A stretch of 64,000 bases of DNA from the NCBI GenBank assembly GCA_043228905.1, contig JBHGNT010000001.1, positions 20,274,001 through 20,338,000 of the forward strand, given 5' to 3'. Source of the stretch: Azolla caroliniana. Its lineage: Eukaryota; Plantae; Polypodiophyta. Below the pieces are notes generated by a model that was not told the DNA's origin, searched no databases, and saw nothing but the letters and a program-made list of their open reading frames with translations. Below, piece by piece: positions 28,224 through 41,298 of this stretch; within the stretch, counting starts at the first letter, position 1; every line of letters begins with the position of its first letter. A program made the translations under genes and the position numbers.

Positions 28224-29302
28224 AATCTATGGATTCCATTTACAAGAAGGGGAAACATACATACACAATCCATGTTTTCCAAGAGAATAAACAAATTAAG
28301 ATAATTGGGATACATTGAAGATTACAAGGCAATCAAGGATCAAGTTTCCACTATAGATCTTCCAATCTATCAAAAAATAAAGAAGAAAGAGAATGGCTCA
28401 CATTAGCTTACACACATGCAAATCCATGTACGTAAATGTGAAAGACATTGATGGAACAAATATATTGCAAACAATATTGAAGGAAAAGATCAAGAGAAAA
28501 AAGGTAGTGTATATATTAAAACAAGAGGACACTACAAATGCAAGGTAATAATGCTCGTCGAGTTTTCATGAACCGATAAATAGTTGAGTTTGAACTCATA
28601 AGATGTAATAGAACATAAATTGATTGAATATAATATGTTTACCAAGAAACAAATGATAAAAAATAACACTTTTTGGAGTTAAGAGATTTGTGCAAGTCGG
28701 GAAAGGAATCTTGGAGTTAAATTTACAAATATGAAACATTTCACCATTTAAATGATCCATGAAAGATAAATAAGAGTGTTAAACAACTAGATGTAATTAC
28801 CCACATGCCAAGAGTCTTATTTTGTGCCTTTATAAGGTTCAATCTCAACATTAATGATGGCCTTTAGACGAGTGTCTTGCAAAACTGTTTCATGCCTAGT
28901 AAGTCGATTGTGAGTAGCTCTACAACATAGGGTCACTTGCCAATGAGATATAACATTGGAGGGAGTTGTGGAGTACAACTTTAGAGAATTTCATGGGAAG
29001 TAAAAATGTTAAAAAGACAGAACAACAAATATGTCAGTTCACATGGATGCAAGATATACAAAAATGGTTTGGAAAATGGTATGCACCACATGCCAGAGCT
29101 TGAGAGAGATGTGGAGTTTCATCCTTCACATATTCATTGGTGAAACTCTTGAATGCCAAGAGTCACTAATGAACTCTGCACATGCTAGGTGCAAATGTGG
29201 CACCTTGGTTCCATAAACCATATTTCATATTATTAAAAGAAACTTTTCGTATCAATCTTAGAGAAGATTTTGTCAAGTGTCATCAATATATATATTTGTT
29301 CC

Positions 29303-29360
29303 TGTAAAGAATCAAGAGATGGATTCTTGTGAAGCGGAAGAGATGTGAGTTATGTGTGTG

Positions 29361-29435
<75 letters not shown>

Positions 29436-32400
29436 ACAGAGAATACACAAGGTAAAAGTATATTGACAAAGGAGAAAGACTTAACATTTTACAAGGTGGG
29501 AGGAGGGCGCTTTATGTAGTCACCCTCTCTCTTCATTAACTACAAGGCTCATGGAGCATGGGGAATGTGAAAGCTCATAAGTTATGTGTCATAGAATATG
29601 ATTCTATGACTCATACTAAATGCTAGAATACAAAGTGGTGACATAATGGTGACTCTTGACCGTTGGAGTGTCTCTTCACTCTCAAGGTGAGTTCACACAC
29701 TAGACCAAGTTGAGCTTGATTCTCAACACACCCCCTCAAGCTCAAGTCGGGTCGGTTTCAGACTGTATCCGAAATCCGCTTCAACTCGCGTTCCGGAGTC
29801 CGCGTCAACTCGTGTCGACTCGCATGTATGCGGAGTTGTGGAATCCGTGCTCCAGCTTGCGTTGTGCGTAGTTACGAAGTCTGTGCTTCGGCTTGCGTCT
29901 TTCTTCGCGGCTTTGTTGCGTGGTTGCGGAATCCACGCGTTATTGCGTAGTGCGCGGTTGCGGAATCTACGCGTTATTGCGTAGTGTCTTCAGTACTCCC
30001 CCTCAAGCTTGGCAAGTCAGGGATCGTCAATCCGAGATCGGTCATGAATTGCCATAGCTTGTCGGCTCCTAAGGCTTTGGTGAAGATGTCAGCCGTTTGA
30101 AGATTGGTGCTAATGTGTTGTAGGTCGACATCGCCAACTAGAACGCGCTCTTGGATGAAGTGATAGTGCACTTCGATGTGCTTTGTCCGCGCATGGAACA
30201 CCGGGTTCCGAGCCAGATAAATACTGCTCATGTTGTCGTAGTAAAGGGGAGTCGGATCCTTGATGGGAACGCCCAAATCCTTCAAAATCCTCTTAAGCCA
30301 TACGGCTTCACATGCAGCTATGGCTGCGCCCCTATATTCCGCCTCCGTACTCGAAAGAGCGACGATAGGCTGCTTCTTGCTAATCCAGGATATTGCTCCG
30401 CTGCCGAGGGAGAAAACAAATCTGGAGGTTGATCTTCTATCGGCTTTGTAGCCGGCCCAATCGACATCTGTGTACCCCTCGAGTCGTATTGGCATTTCGG
30501 TCTTGTAGAGGATGCCGCAATCCATTGTGCCGCTCACGTATCGTAGAACTCGCTTAGCGCAATCCAAGTGAGTATCACGCGGTGTTTGCATGAATTGGCT
30601 AAGGAGACCGACCGGATAACTGAGATCGGGTCGTGTAATCGTGAGGTAGATGAGACTCCCGATGAGTTGCTGATACCGAGTCGGCTCACACGCTTTGGTG
30701 CCGGAGTTCGCATCTAGTTTGAGATTACGATCAAGCGGGGTTGCCACGGATTTGCACTCAGCCATCCCGAACTTGTATAACAAGTTGAGGATGTAGTGCC
30801 GTTGAGAGATCATGATTCCGGTTGGAGTCCGAATTACCTCGATGCTGAGGAAGTAGTGGAGCTCCTTCATGTCTGTCATCTCGAACTTGTCGGAAAGGAG
30901 GGATTTGACCTTAGTGATTTCGACGAGATGCTCACCTCCAATGACTAGGTCATCCACATATAAGATGATGACGATCGGACTTGCGGAATCGCTTCGTATG
31001 TAGAGGGAGTTGTCCGATTTTGACATACGGAAGCCGATTTGATGAAGATATTGCGTTATCTTCGAATGCCAAGCACGCGGTGCTTGCTTGAGGCCGCAGA
31101 GTGGCTTCTTGAGTCGGCATACGGCTTTTGGATGAGTGCTTGAGTTGAAGCCGGGTGGTTGGATCATGTACACCTCCTCTTCTAATTCGCCTTGTAGAAA
31201 GGCGTTCTTGACGTCCATTTGATGGAGGTGCCACCCTTTCGCCGTGGCAAGCGCAATTACGGTCCGCACCGTTGTCATCTTTGCCACCAGGGCAAAGGTC
31301 TCTTCGTAGTCGATGCCATGCGTCTGAGCGTATCCTTTCGCTACGAGTCGAGCTTTGTAGCGGTTTACGGAGCCATCGGCGTTATACTTCACCTTGTAGA
31401 TCCATCTGCATCTGATCGCCTTTTTGTGTGGTGAGGTGGGAACGAGATCCCACGTCTCGTTCTTCCGTAGTGCCTGCATCTCTTCATTCATTGCTTCGAT
31501 CCATCGCGGGTCCTTCGCGGCTTCCTAAAAGGTTTCCGGCTCCCGTACTGTCGCTACCTTCATCATAAAGGCGTAATGGTACGCCATATAATCGTTGTAG
31601 CCGAATCGGCTTACGGGGTTCTTTTCACGGGTGGATCGGCAGAGTTTTTCATTTGCAGAGATGAGGGCTTTCTTAGCTCCGATTGGTACCTCGAAACCGC
31701 CGAACTCACTGTCGAGTGAGTGAGTCGATTCATCGTCGTCGAAGCGATCGTCTTCATATTCCACCATTTTCGCCTTGCCTTTGTCCATCTTCGGGCTAGG
31801 CCGTGATGTGCTTTGATCACTCAAAGGCTCTTGTGGTCCGCTCAGTCGGGTCGTGATCGGACTTTCTTCGAATATGCGTGTAAGGTGATCTTCATCCTCT
31901 ATCTCTTGTTTGGTGGATTTCGGGTCAAGCGGGGTCGGAGTCGAAGTTGTCTTTGGTGCGTACCAGGATGCAGACTCGTCAAAGATGACCTCTTGACTTA
32001 CCCGAGATTTTCGAGTTGAGGGGTTGTAGCACTTGTACCCCTTTTGCTCCAGTGAGTATCCTATGAGGATACATTTCTCCGACTTCGGGTCGAGCTTTTG
32101 ACGCTTCTCGTCGGGGATGTGCACGTACGCAATAGAGCCGAATATCTGAACATGTGATAGGTTCGGCTTCTTTCCGAAGAATCTTTCGTGCGGAGTGACC
32201 TCGTGCACGCCGGATGTTGTGCACCGGTTCATTAGGTAGACGGCCGTATTTGCCGCTTCGGCCCAATATGACTTGGGCATATGCTTCTCGTTCATCATGG
32301 CCCACGCTACTTCAAGGATGTGCTGATTTTTTCGCTCGGCTACTCCGTTTTGTTGCGGAGTGTGTCGGCAAGTGAATTCTCGCCGAATTCCTTCCTTTCG

Positions 32401-34510
32401 GAGATACACCGTGAAATCATCCGAGAAGTACTCCTTGCCGCCATCCGATCGAAGGCATCGTACATGTCGGCCCGTGGCTTTCTCAACTTCATTCTTGAAC
32501 TTTTGGAAGTGTTCGAACACTTCGCTCTTTTGCCGCATAGATAGATCCAAGTGTGCCTAGAAAAGTCGTCGATGAAGAGCACGTAATATCGGCATCCGCC
32601 GAATGTTGCCGTTTGGGCCGGACCCCATACATCGGAATGAATTACGTCGAGTACACCTTTGCTCACATTCCGCTCCTTCGGGAATGGGTGTCGGTGTTGC
32701 TTGCCGAATTGGCACGCTTTGCATACACCTTCAATCTCTTTCTCTTTGAATGTTGGGAGTCCGATGACGACTCCTTTCGACTTCATTGCTTTGAGTTTGT
32801 TGAGATTGATGTGGCCGATTCGCTTATGCCATAGCTCTATGTCGGAGTCGGCTTTCGTGCTTTTCGCGAACATGGCGGATTTCATCTCGTGCGAATCGAG
32901 AATGAACATCCGGCCCTCTCTTCTTCCGCGTGCGATGATTCAGCCTTCTTTTTCGATGAAGCACCCTTCTTGGTCGAATTGTACTTGCATCCCTTGCTCA
33001 ACCATTTGGCCAACCGAGACCAAATTCTTTGTGATGGTGGGTACATGCAAGACATTTTTAATGTATGTTTGCTTACCACTTTCGCCGAACGGAACATTGC
33101 CGATGTGCCGAATCGGGTGTGTAGTGTCATCTCCGGTTTCGACATAACCGGGTCGCTCTGGCCCTCGAAGTTCGAGAAACCATTCTTTGTGGGATGTCAT
33201 ATGGTTTGAGGCTCCGGAGTCAACAAACCATACGTCCTCCGGATTGAGGGCACTAGTTGAGGTAGAGGCCGACATAGACTTTGCTCTATGTTTCATCATG
33301 AACATTCCGCCACGGTCAGAGTTGTATGCATACATTCCGCCACGATTCTCGTAGTCGGAGTTGTGCCCGTACATTCTGCTATACTCTTCGTAGTCGGAAT
33401 TGTGAGCGTAATTCGTGAGTTGTCGGCTTGTGGAAGCCGATTCACACATCTTCTTTCGGCACTCTTCTTCGTGGTGGCCGAGCTTTCCGCAATATCCGCA
33501 TTCGGTTGCATTTTGACGGCTCGGGCCGGAGTGGAAGCTCCCCCTTCTTGCGAAGGTTCCTCGTTGGCCTCCGTTTTGCGGCCGAAATTGGGAGTTGTTG
33601 TCGTAGGTCGGACCTCGTCCGCCTTGTCCTTGGCCGAATCGGGCTCTCGCTCGTCCGCGTCCTCTTCCTCCATTAGAGTGCGAGGATGTGGCCTTCCGAC
33701 TCATTGCTCCTTGTACGCATGTGGTTTTCTTCGACCAATAGCATTGATTGGAGCTCGAAGAAGGAGGGAGATTTCTCCCGTGCTAGAACGGCGGTTCGCA
33801 TCGCGCCGAACCGTGGTGCGAGGCCGCCGAGGCATATTTGCACCATCTCATCATCATCTATACTTACGCTTATTGAGCCGAGCGAGTCACAAAGCTCCTT
33901 GATCTTCAAGGTGTATGTCGTGATGGACATGTCCCTTTGTTGAATGTTGTTCAACTCTTGGCGGAGTTGAAGCTTCCTCGCGGTCGTGTTGGCGGCGAAA
34001 ATCTTTCGTAGATTTTCCCACGCTTCCTTCGGCGTCTTGGCTTCTTGAATGTAACCGAGCATGTGGTCGTGAACACATGTCGCCAAACAATACATCACGT
34101 GGCTTGCGGCTTGCTCCCATGTCGCGTATCCAGGAGCCGCTTTGGCGGGTCGGTCTTCATGCGCTCCTTTGATGTAGCTCCAATAGCCTTGTCCGACAAG
34201 GTATTGGTGCATCTTGTACTCCCAAGATGCGAAGTTGTTTCGATCCAACTTCTCAGTAGGGAGAGCGCTCCCCATTTGAGTATTCATTATGTCGATTCTT
34301 CTTCTTCTTCTTCTTCTTCTCTCTTTGAATGCGAGCTATGTAGCGAAGCTACGATAGCGATGAGCCGGTTCTTGGTCGTCGGCGTGGAGCACAACACACG
34401 ATCACGATGAGGCGAATGGGCTAGATCGAGCTACCAAATCGCTCTGATACCATGTAAAGAATCAAGAGATGGATTCTTGTGAAGCGGAAGAGATGTGAGT
34501 TATGTGTGTG

Positions 34511-34571
<61 letters not shown>

Positions 34572-34863
34572 CAGAGAATACGCAAGGTAAAAGTATATTG
34601 ACAAAGGAGAAAGACTTAACATTTTACAAGGTGGGAGGAGGGTGCTTTATGTAGTCACCCTCTCTCTTCATTAACTACAAGGCTCATGGAGCATGGGGAA
34701 TGTGAAAGCTCATAAGTTATGTGTCATAGAATATGATTCTATGACTCATACTAAATGCTAGAATACAAAGTGGTGACATAATGGTGACTCTTGACCGTTG
34801 GAGTGTCTCTTCACTCTCAAGGTGAGTTCACACACTAGACCAAGTTGAGCTTGATTCTCAACA
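29303..34863 (-). mobile_element. Ty1/copia LTR retrotransposon 'Copia-1', full length, recent insertion inside the hAT
   Basis: LTRs 29303-29728 and 34453-34863, TG...CA. 5-bp TSD GTTCC (29298-29302, 34864-34868). tRNA-iMet PBS TGGTATCAGAGC at 34441-34452 (minus). PPT next to 29728. LTRs differ by about 2 substitutions plus (AG)34 versus (AG)26. Confidence 0.97.
29974..34287 (-). pseudogene. Copia-1 gag-pol (gag, CCHC knuckle, protease, integrase, RT, RNase H)
   Basis: Motifs [83 protein letters not shown] in Copia order. Frameshifts near 33690 and 32545; stops at 32940 and 31525. Confidence 0.95.
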
Positions 34864-35554
34864 GTTCCATTGAATTTCCATTGCATTCAAAGTAAGTTAA
34901 ATGTATGACCCTATCAAACGTTTCGGCAAGCCTTTTTGTGAATAACCCAATTTGGGAGTACTTAGAAATTTCCTATGTTATTCAACATTACTGAAGCTTC
35001 AACACTTGCTAGGAGTACAAGGAACCTGGCCATTGACCTTCTAGGCGCAATTAAATGATCAATCAAACACTCTTGATATTGTCATTAAAGATAAATGTCC
35101 TCGCTACAAATTTTGTGCCATGCAAATTTGTACATATGTGATAACATGTATAATTTAGGTGTTTTTTTTCAACCACAATGGATTACTACAAACCAGGAAC
35201 GAAAGAAAAATGCACAAAACAGTGTACCTTTAGCAATACTATTGAATTTCAATGTGTTTCTTTTGGTCTTAAAAAAACCACATTCTCATTTTTTTGCCAT
35301 ATAGAAAAACAAAAAAAAGAAAAGAATAGAGAACATATTCAAAGAAAGAGAAAAAGAAAAAGAAAAAAAGAGAGAATTCATAAACAGAGATAGAAAAATA
35401 GATGTACTTTAGAGTGGTAGAGTGGCCAACAACAAATGTCGTGCAATCAATCAGATGCAATAGGGAGCAACGAAAAATGAGTGAGCACATCGTATTCGAG
35501 GAGTTAAAGATTCGTAGGGAATCCCGGATTGAAGATGAGGTAGACTAAAAGATG

Positions 35555-35720
35555 GACGGAGGAGGAATGGACAATGAGCGAGCAGGGAGGAGCAATCAAC
35601 AACAAGCGAGTAGGGAGGAGAAATTGGAAACGAGCGAGAAGGGAGGAGCAATCGGCAATGAGCAAACAGGGAGGAGAAATCAACAACGAGTGAGCAAGGA
35701 ACAAGGACGGAGTAGCAAAG
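35555..35720. repeat. Degenerate purine-rich tandem repeats (GGGAGGAG(C/A)AAT core) near the 5' end of the hAT
   Basis: Core recurs roughly every 27-30 bp. Confidence 0.6.
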
Positions 35721-36618
35721 AATGGAACAACACGATGCAAAGAAGAAAGAATGGAGCAACGCTACGTGAAGAATAGAACAGACAGGGAGAAGTGAGCAAC
35801 ACGAAGAGGTAAAGCAGTGATCCGTGAACAATACGAAAGAAGGAAGAACAAGGGAAAAGAGGGGGAAAAGAAAAAATTACATACATACACAAAAAGTTTT
35901 CCTAATCTATATAAATAGCCGGCTCATAAAATATGAACCAACTAGATTCCGGCCAGCTGGAAAACCTGGCCGGAATCAATTCCGACTGTCTCTCATGGTG
36001 ATCGACAAAAGTCCCAATTCAACCGGAACCTTGACACTGTTCTTGTGACTTTGCCCAACATTGCTTATAAACACTTAGAAATATTATTACATAGTGCTTA
36101 CAAGATTATCTTATTGAAATACTAAAATCTTGTTGAGATACAAGCTCAACATTGGCCAGATCGGTGCGTAAACCGGTGTGTAAACTGGTACGCAACAAGA
36201 GGCCGGATCGGTGCGGAAACCGGGAGGCCGTTGAACAGATATTCCGCGAGGGAATATATTTGGGAGTTAGTGTAGGAGCTCAGTTACGAGCATTGAAGTA
36301 CGTGTCAGTACTTTTGTCAGTCCGTATGGACTTGTATAAAAGTGCTCCCTGAGCACATCCTATGTACAGAGTTTTTCATATTATTCGAATTTAGTTGTTT
36401 TCCCTCTTTGTCTCTCCCGCGTACAGTGTGTCTTAAGCTCTCCATTGAACCTGTTTTTTCTCTGTCGGTATTCTGTGCTTCGTATAGCTTCCGCACTTAA
36501 CATTTCACATGGTATCAGAGCGTGAGGGTTCGGAACCTCTGCAGCTGACTTTAGCTCGAAACAAACAAAAAAAACCTAATCTCGGTGAAGAACGAAAAGG
36601 AAAAAAATGGATAGAGGT

Positions 36619-39600
36619 ATGGCTAGTTCACTTCCAACTGAGAAGCTCGATAGAAGTAACTATGCATCTTGGTCGTACAAGATGCACCAATACCTGCTCG
36701 GACATGGTTATTATAGCTATGTCAATGGAGCGAATGATGCAGCACCCGAATTGACACACATAGACTTCTTGGCCTAGGAACAGTTGGCGAGTAGAGTTCT
36801 CTACTGCTTCGTGTCCTGTGTGAGCGAACAACTCTTGAGCTACATTCGGGATGCAAGAACGCCGAAGGATGCGTGGGGAAATCTGAAAAAGATTTTCGCC
36901 ACAAGCACCACAGCTAGGAAGCTCCAACATTGACAAGAGTTGAGCAATGTGGGTCAACGTGACATGACGGTGGCTGACTACACCTCCAAGATAAAGGATA
37001 TCTGCGTTTCTCTCGCCTCCATCGATGTGAACATTGAGGAGGGCGAAATGGTGCAGATCTGCCTTGGAGGATTGGCGTCGAAGTTTGGAGCATTCCGAAT
37101 TGCTATTTGTACAAGGGAGAATACGCCGTCGTTTTTCGACTTGCAGTTGATGCTCCTTGTAGAGGAGAATCACGCGGGTCCGTCGACGAGTACGCACAAC
37201 GACAACAAGATGGTGTACACGGAGGGAGATAGGCCCCATGGTTGTGGCGGATGAGGCGAGTCGGCGCGCAATGGAGGCGGCCGACGGGAGCAAAGAAGAA
37301 GGCATCGTGGTGATGCTAACAGCAATTCTGGACCCTCCGAAAGCAGGGTGAGTTGAGGAGGCGACAAGAACCGGCAAGGGAAACACGTCTCAAAATGCTG
37401 GTATTGTGGCAAGAAAGGCCACAAGGAGAGTGAGTGCTGGAAGAAGCGTGCCAATTCGGAGAAAACCGGATCCGGATCCGGATGGACCGAACAAGGAAAT
37501 CGGCAGCGGATGCACTACGCCGAAGAATCCGAAAAAGTCGGAAAGGGGGTAGCCTTCATGACAAGACACGAAGCGAACTCGATGAAGAAGACCAAGACGA
37601 AATCGGACAAAGTGTGGTACGTTGACTCTAGAGCATCAAACAATATGACGAACCATAAAGAGTGGTTCTCATATCTAGAAAAACCGAAACAACCGGGAGT
37701 AGTCGCAACAGGAGATGACACTCTGCATCCGATCGTACATGTCGATGAAGTTCCCCTCAGCCACGTCGGGCAAAAAGGGAAACTAATGAACGTGTTACAT
37801 GTCCCAAAAATTACGAAGAATATGGTGTCGGTCGGACAGATCATCGACCAGGGGATGCAAGTCCGGTTCACGCATCTCGGGTGCTTCATCGAGGAAGAAG
37901 GCCAAGTTATTGCGAAAGGGCGCAGAGATGGGAGGATGTTCATCCTCGACACCAATGACATAGGCACCGCCATGTTCGCAAAAGGAAAAAATGTCGAGTC
38001 GGATATTGACTTGTGGCATAAGTGTCGGCACATCAGTTGTATTTCGAAAGGAAGCCGAATCTATGACACTTGAGGGTTTTCGGTAGCATCGCGTATGTGC
38101 ATGTGCCGAAGGAGACGCAAAGGAAGTTGGACACGAAAGCCAAGAAGTGTATCTTGGTTGGCTACTCAGATGAACAGAAGGATTATAAGTGTTATAACCC
38201 CTGAACCAAACAAGCTCATGTAAGTCGCGATGTTGTATTCGATGAGCCTGCGTCTTGGTATTTGCCTCCGACTCCAGACCTCAACTCCAATTCGAGTTCT
38301 GAAGATAAGGTCAGTGAGGCTGAGATGCCTCCTAATGAATGTGAAGTCGGAACTCTTGAAGAGAGTCCGATCTCATTTTGGCTAAGTGGACCGAATGAGC
38401 GACTGAGTCGGGTTGACTAGTCAGATGAAGAGCTGTCGAGTAGTGGGGACTCGGCCGTGCATTCCCTGCGCAGGAAGCCGAAGAGATGGCTTACACGCAA
38501 AGAAAAGATAAAGAAGAAGATGCCGGAGTACAACACGGATAGGGACGAGTCGGATTGACACGAATACGACTTCGAGAAGAGTGATGACGGGCCTTCATGA
38601 GTTAAGCCCGCGTCGGCCAGAACGGCCTCAACATCGGCTACTAAGCATTTACGCCGATCTACCCGCCAGAAGAACCCTGGTGAGCGGTTCAGCTACAACG
38701 AGTACATGGCGCATCACTATGTGTACATGACACGTGTAGTGGAAGTGCGTGAGCCGGAGAGCTACGTAGAAGTGGCAAAGGACGCAAATTGGCGTGTAGC
38801 CATGGAGGAAGAGATGAACACACTTGCGGAGAATGAAACCTGGGACTTGGTTGACGCCCCCAAGGGTGTAAAGCCAATTGGATGCAGGTGGGTGTACAAG
38901 GTCAAGTACAACACCGACGATTCTCTCAACCGATACAAGGCTCGGTTAGTAGCAAAAGGCTACGCGTAGCAACACGACATCGATTACGATGAGATGTTTG
39001 CACCGGTCGCGAAGATGACGACCGTCCGTGTTTTGTTGGTACGTTGCGGCGAAGGGGTGGCACTTACATCAGATGGATGTAAAGAATGTGTTCCTGCAAG
39101 GCGAGCTTGAGGAACAAGTATACATGGTACAACCCCCCGGATTTCACTCCGGAACGAACACTTCGGCAATATGCCGGTTGAAGAAGTCCCTTTACGAACT
39201 AAAGCAAGCCCCGCATGCATGGAACGTGAAGATCACGCAACAATTGTGCCGGATGGGATTTGCGACGTCCAAATTAGACTCTTCATTGTTCGTTTGAAAA
39301 GGTTGACTTGGGCCGGTTAGTATTTTACTTTATGTTGATGACTTGGTCATCGCCGGTGTCAACGTAGGTGAAATTGACCGCGTAAAGCTCCAACTTGCGA
39401 CATCATTTGATATGAAGGACCTAGGGGACCTTCATTACTTTCTCGGGATTGAAATGATCCAAACCCCCGAAGGCATACTGATTAGCGAACGTGCTGAGTA
39501 TGCTCTTCAAGTTCGGGATGGCAGACTGTAAGTCCGTCTCAACTCTCCTGGACAGAACCGTGAAGCTTCGCCCCGACTTTGAAAAGGTTTCCGACCCAAA

Positions 39601-39730
39601 AAGGTTTTGATAGATTGTCGAAAGCCTCATTTACTTGACTATTACCTGGCCCGACCTAAGTTACCTGGTCGGCTTGATTAGTCAGTTTATGGCGCCGCCA
39701 ACCGAGGAGCACCTTTAGTGCACGCAACGT
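36619..39730 (+). pseudogene. Copia-2 gag-pol remnant
   Basis: MASSLPTEKLDR gag start, [43 protein letters not shown], with multiple premature stops. Confidence 0.9.
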
Positions 39731-40251
39731 TGTCGTGAAGATTTTCGTCCATAGGGAGAAATCGGGGTGGAATGGGCAAGTCGGTGGTGTGCAACATGTG
39801 CACATGTATACTAGGAAATGGTGTATAGAAATAAGAGGGAAAATTTTATCCCACATTGTAAGGTCCCTCCCTCCTTGAGCTATAAAAGGAAGGGAGTGGT
39901 CACTTATGAGGGGTTGCCTATTTTGCGTATGAAAGGTATACCACTTAGTTTAGAGTTCTTACTATTTTAGGGTTAGGGTTTCGTTATTCATCCTTGGTTA
40001 GGGTTTTCTCATAGTCGTTTGGTGCGGCCCATGCAGCCACCATTGTTGTAATCATTCATTTGTTTTAATATAACTTCTTGAGCATCTTGCCTTGGCCGAT
40101 CTCTCCTTCTATGTCATGGTCTTATTTTCTCTTCTTCTCCTCTTGAGCTAAGCTTCCAAAACATATCTTATTATTTTTCCTCTACCCCCTACTCCGAGAC
40201 CCCGGTGGCCCCGCCCCTTCTACACGCACGCGCGTAACAACACGACATATT

Positions 40252-40269
40252 TGGTGAACCCGACGTGAA
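40252..40269 (+). other. Primer-binding site complementary to the 3' end of tRNA-Trp
   Basis: TGGTGAACCCGACGTGAA is the reverse complement of TTCACGTCGGGTTCACCA, the plant cytosolic tRNA-Trp 3' end as I recall it. It lies 4 nt after the LTR. An identical site is at 61358-61375 (minus). Confidence 0.85.
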
Positions 40270-41298
40270 GGGTGGCAAGGGAGCATGGAGATGGAAGAAG
40301 ACTTCGACTTCAAGGAGATGATGGCAAAGATCGTGATGGAAGCCGGATGGAAGATGGTGAAGTGAGATGCGGCTCAACAAGCTGTCGAAAGGGTGGTCGA
40401 TCGAGTCGGCCGGTTGAATGGGAATGAGGTCCCAAGTTTTTTGAGAGCTTACAATGCCGAGATGACGGAGCGGGGTGTGGCCGAAGCGAGAAGGCTAGAT
40501 TTTTTTTGTCGAGTGGCGGCCGTATCAAGGTATGAAGACGTCAAGGAGCTCCGAGAAGCTCACGAATCGTGGAAGTCCTTTGAGGGAGCCCTATTGGAGG
40601 CGTACGGGTACGCGGAACCGGAAGGAAGAGGTCGACATGAGTTCGATCGGTGGGTGGCGTCGGCGAGGAGTCATCGGAGCGCAATGGAGGCATTTCGAGA
40701 GTTTGAGCGTTGTTTCTCTCAACTCTCGGAGTGGGAACAGAGATCGGTGGGGGCGGACAAAGTCCTCCTATTTTTGAAGTCGGTCCATCATGAATCATGA
40801 GGAGAGGATGGACATCTTATTCGAGCTTCAAGATGATTCTGGAACACATGGTCTCACCGAGGAGTGGTCTGAAGTGGAATGGGTATGCCGGCAACATGAT
40901 GCGAGGCGGTCGGCCACAACACGGCCTGCGAGCGGCAGAGAAGAGAGAGCGGCGAGTGACTACGCACTACCGCCGGAAGAGAGCTCAACGCAAAATGGTT
41001 CGGAGGAGCTCGAACTAGAAGCGCTAATACGGGAGGCATGCGAGCTTGTGAAGGCGAAAATCGAAGCCGAAGAAGGGCTTATTATGGAGTCGGGCCGGAG
41101 GCGATTGGAGGATGCGGAGGAAGAAGCCTCCCTAAGCGTAGAAGACGGGGCCTATACGGAGGCCGGGAGAGCGTACGACGGTGACATGGGAGAGGGTGCG
41201 GAATAAGCGACCCTCTTGCCTTGCGGTGAAGGGAAGGCCATGGAGGCCGGAAACTACAGATTCGGGACATGGCGGCCCGAAACATCGAGTGGGGAGGA

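Larger units (their letters stand above)
25595..36063 (-). mobile_element. hAT-superfamily DNA transposon with both ends intact; carries a nested Copia
   Basis: 17-bp TIRs CAGTGTTGGGCAAAGTC (25595-25611) and GACTTTGCCCAACATTG (36047-36063), one mismatch. Perfect 8-bp TSD CTTATAAA at 25587-25594 and 36064-36071. Subterminal ACCGGAA-type motifs at both ends. Confidence 0.95.
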
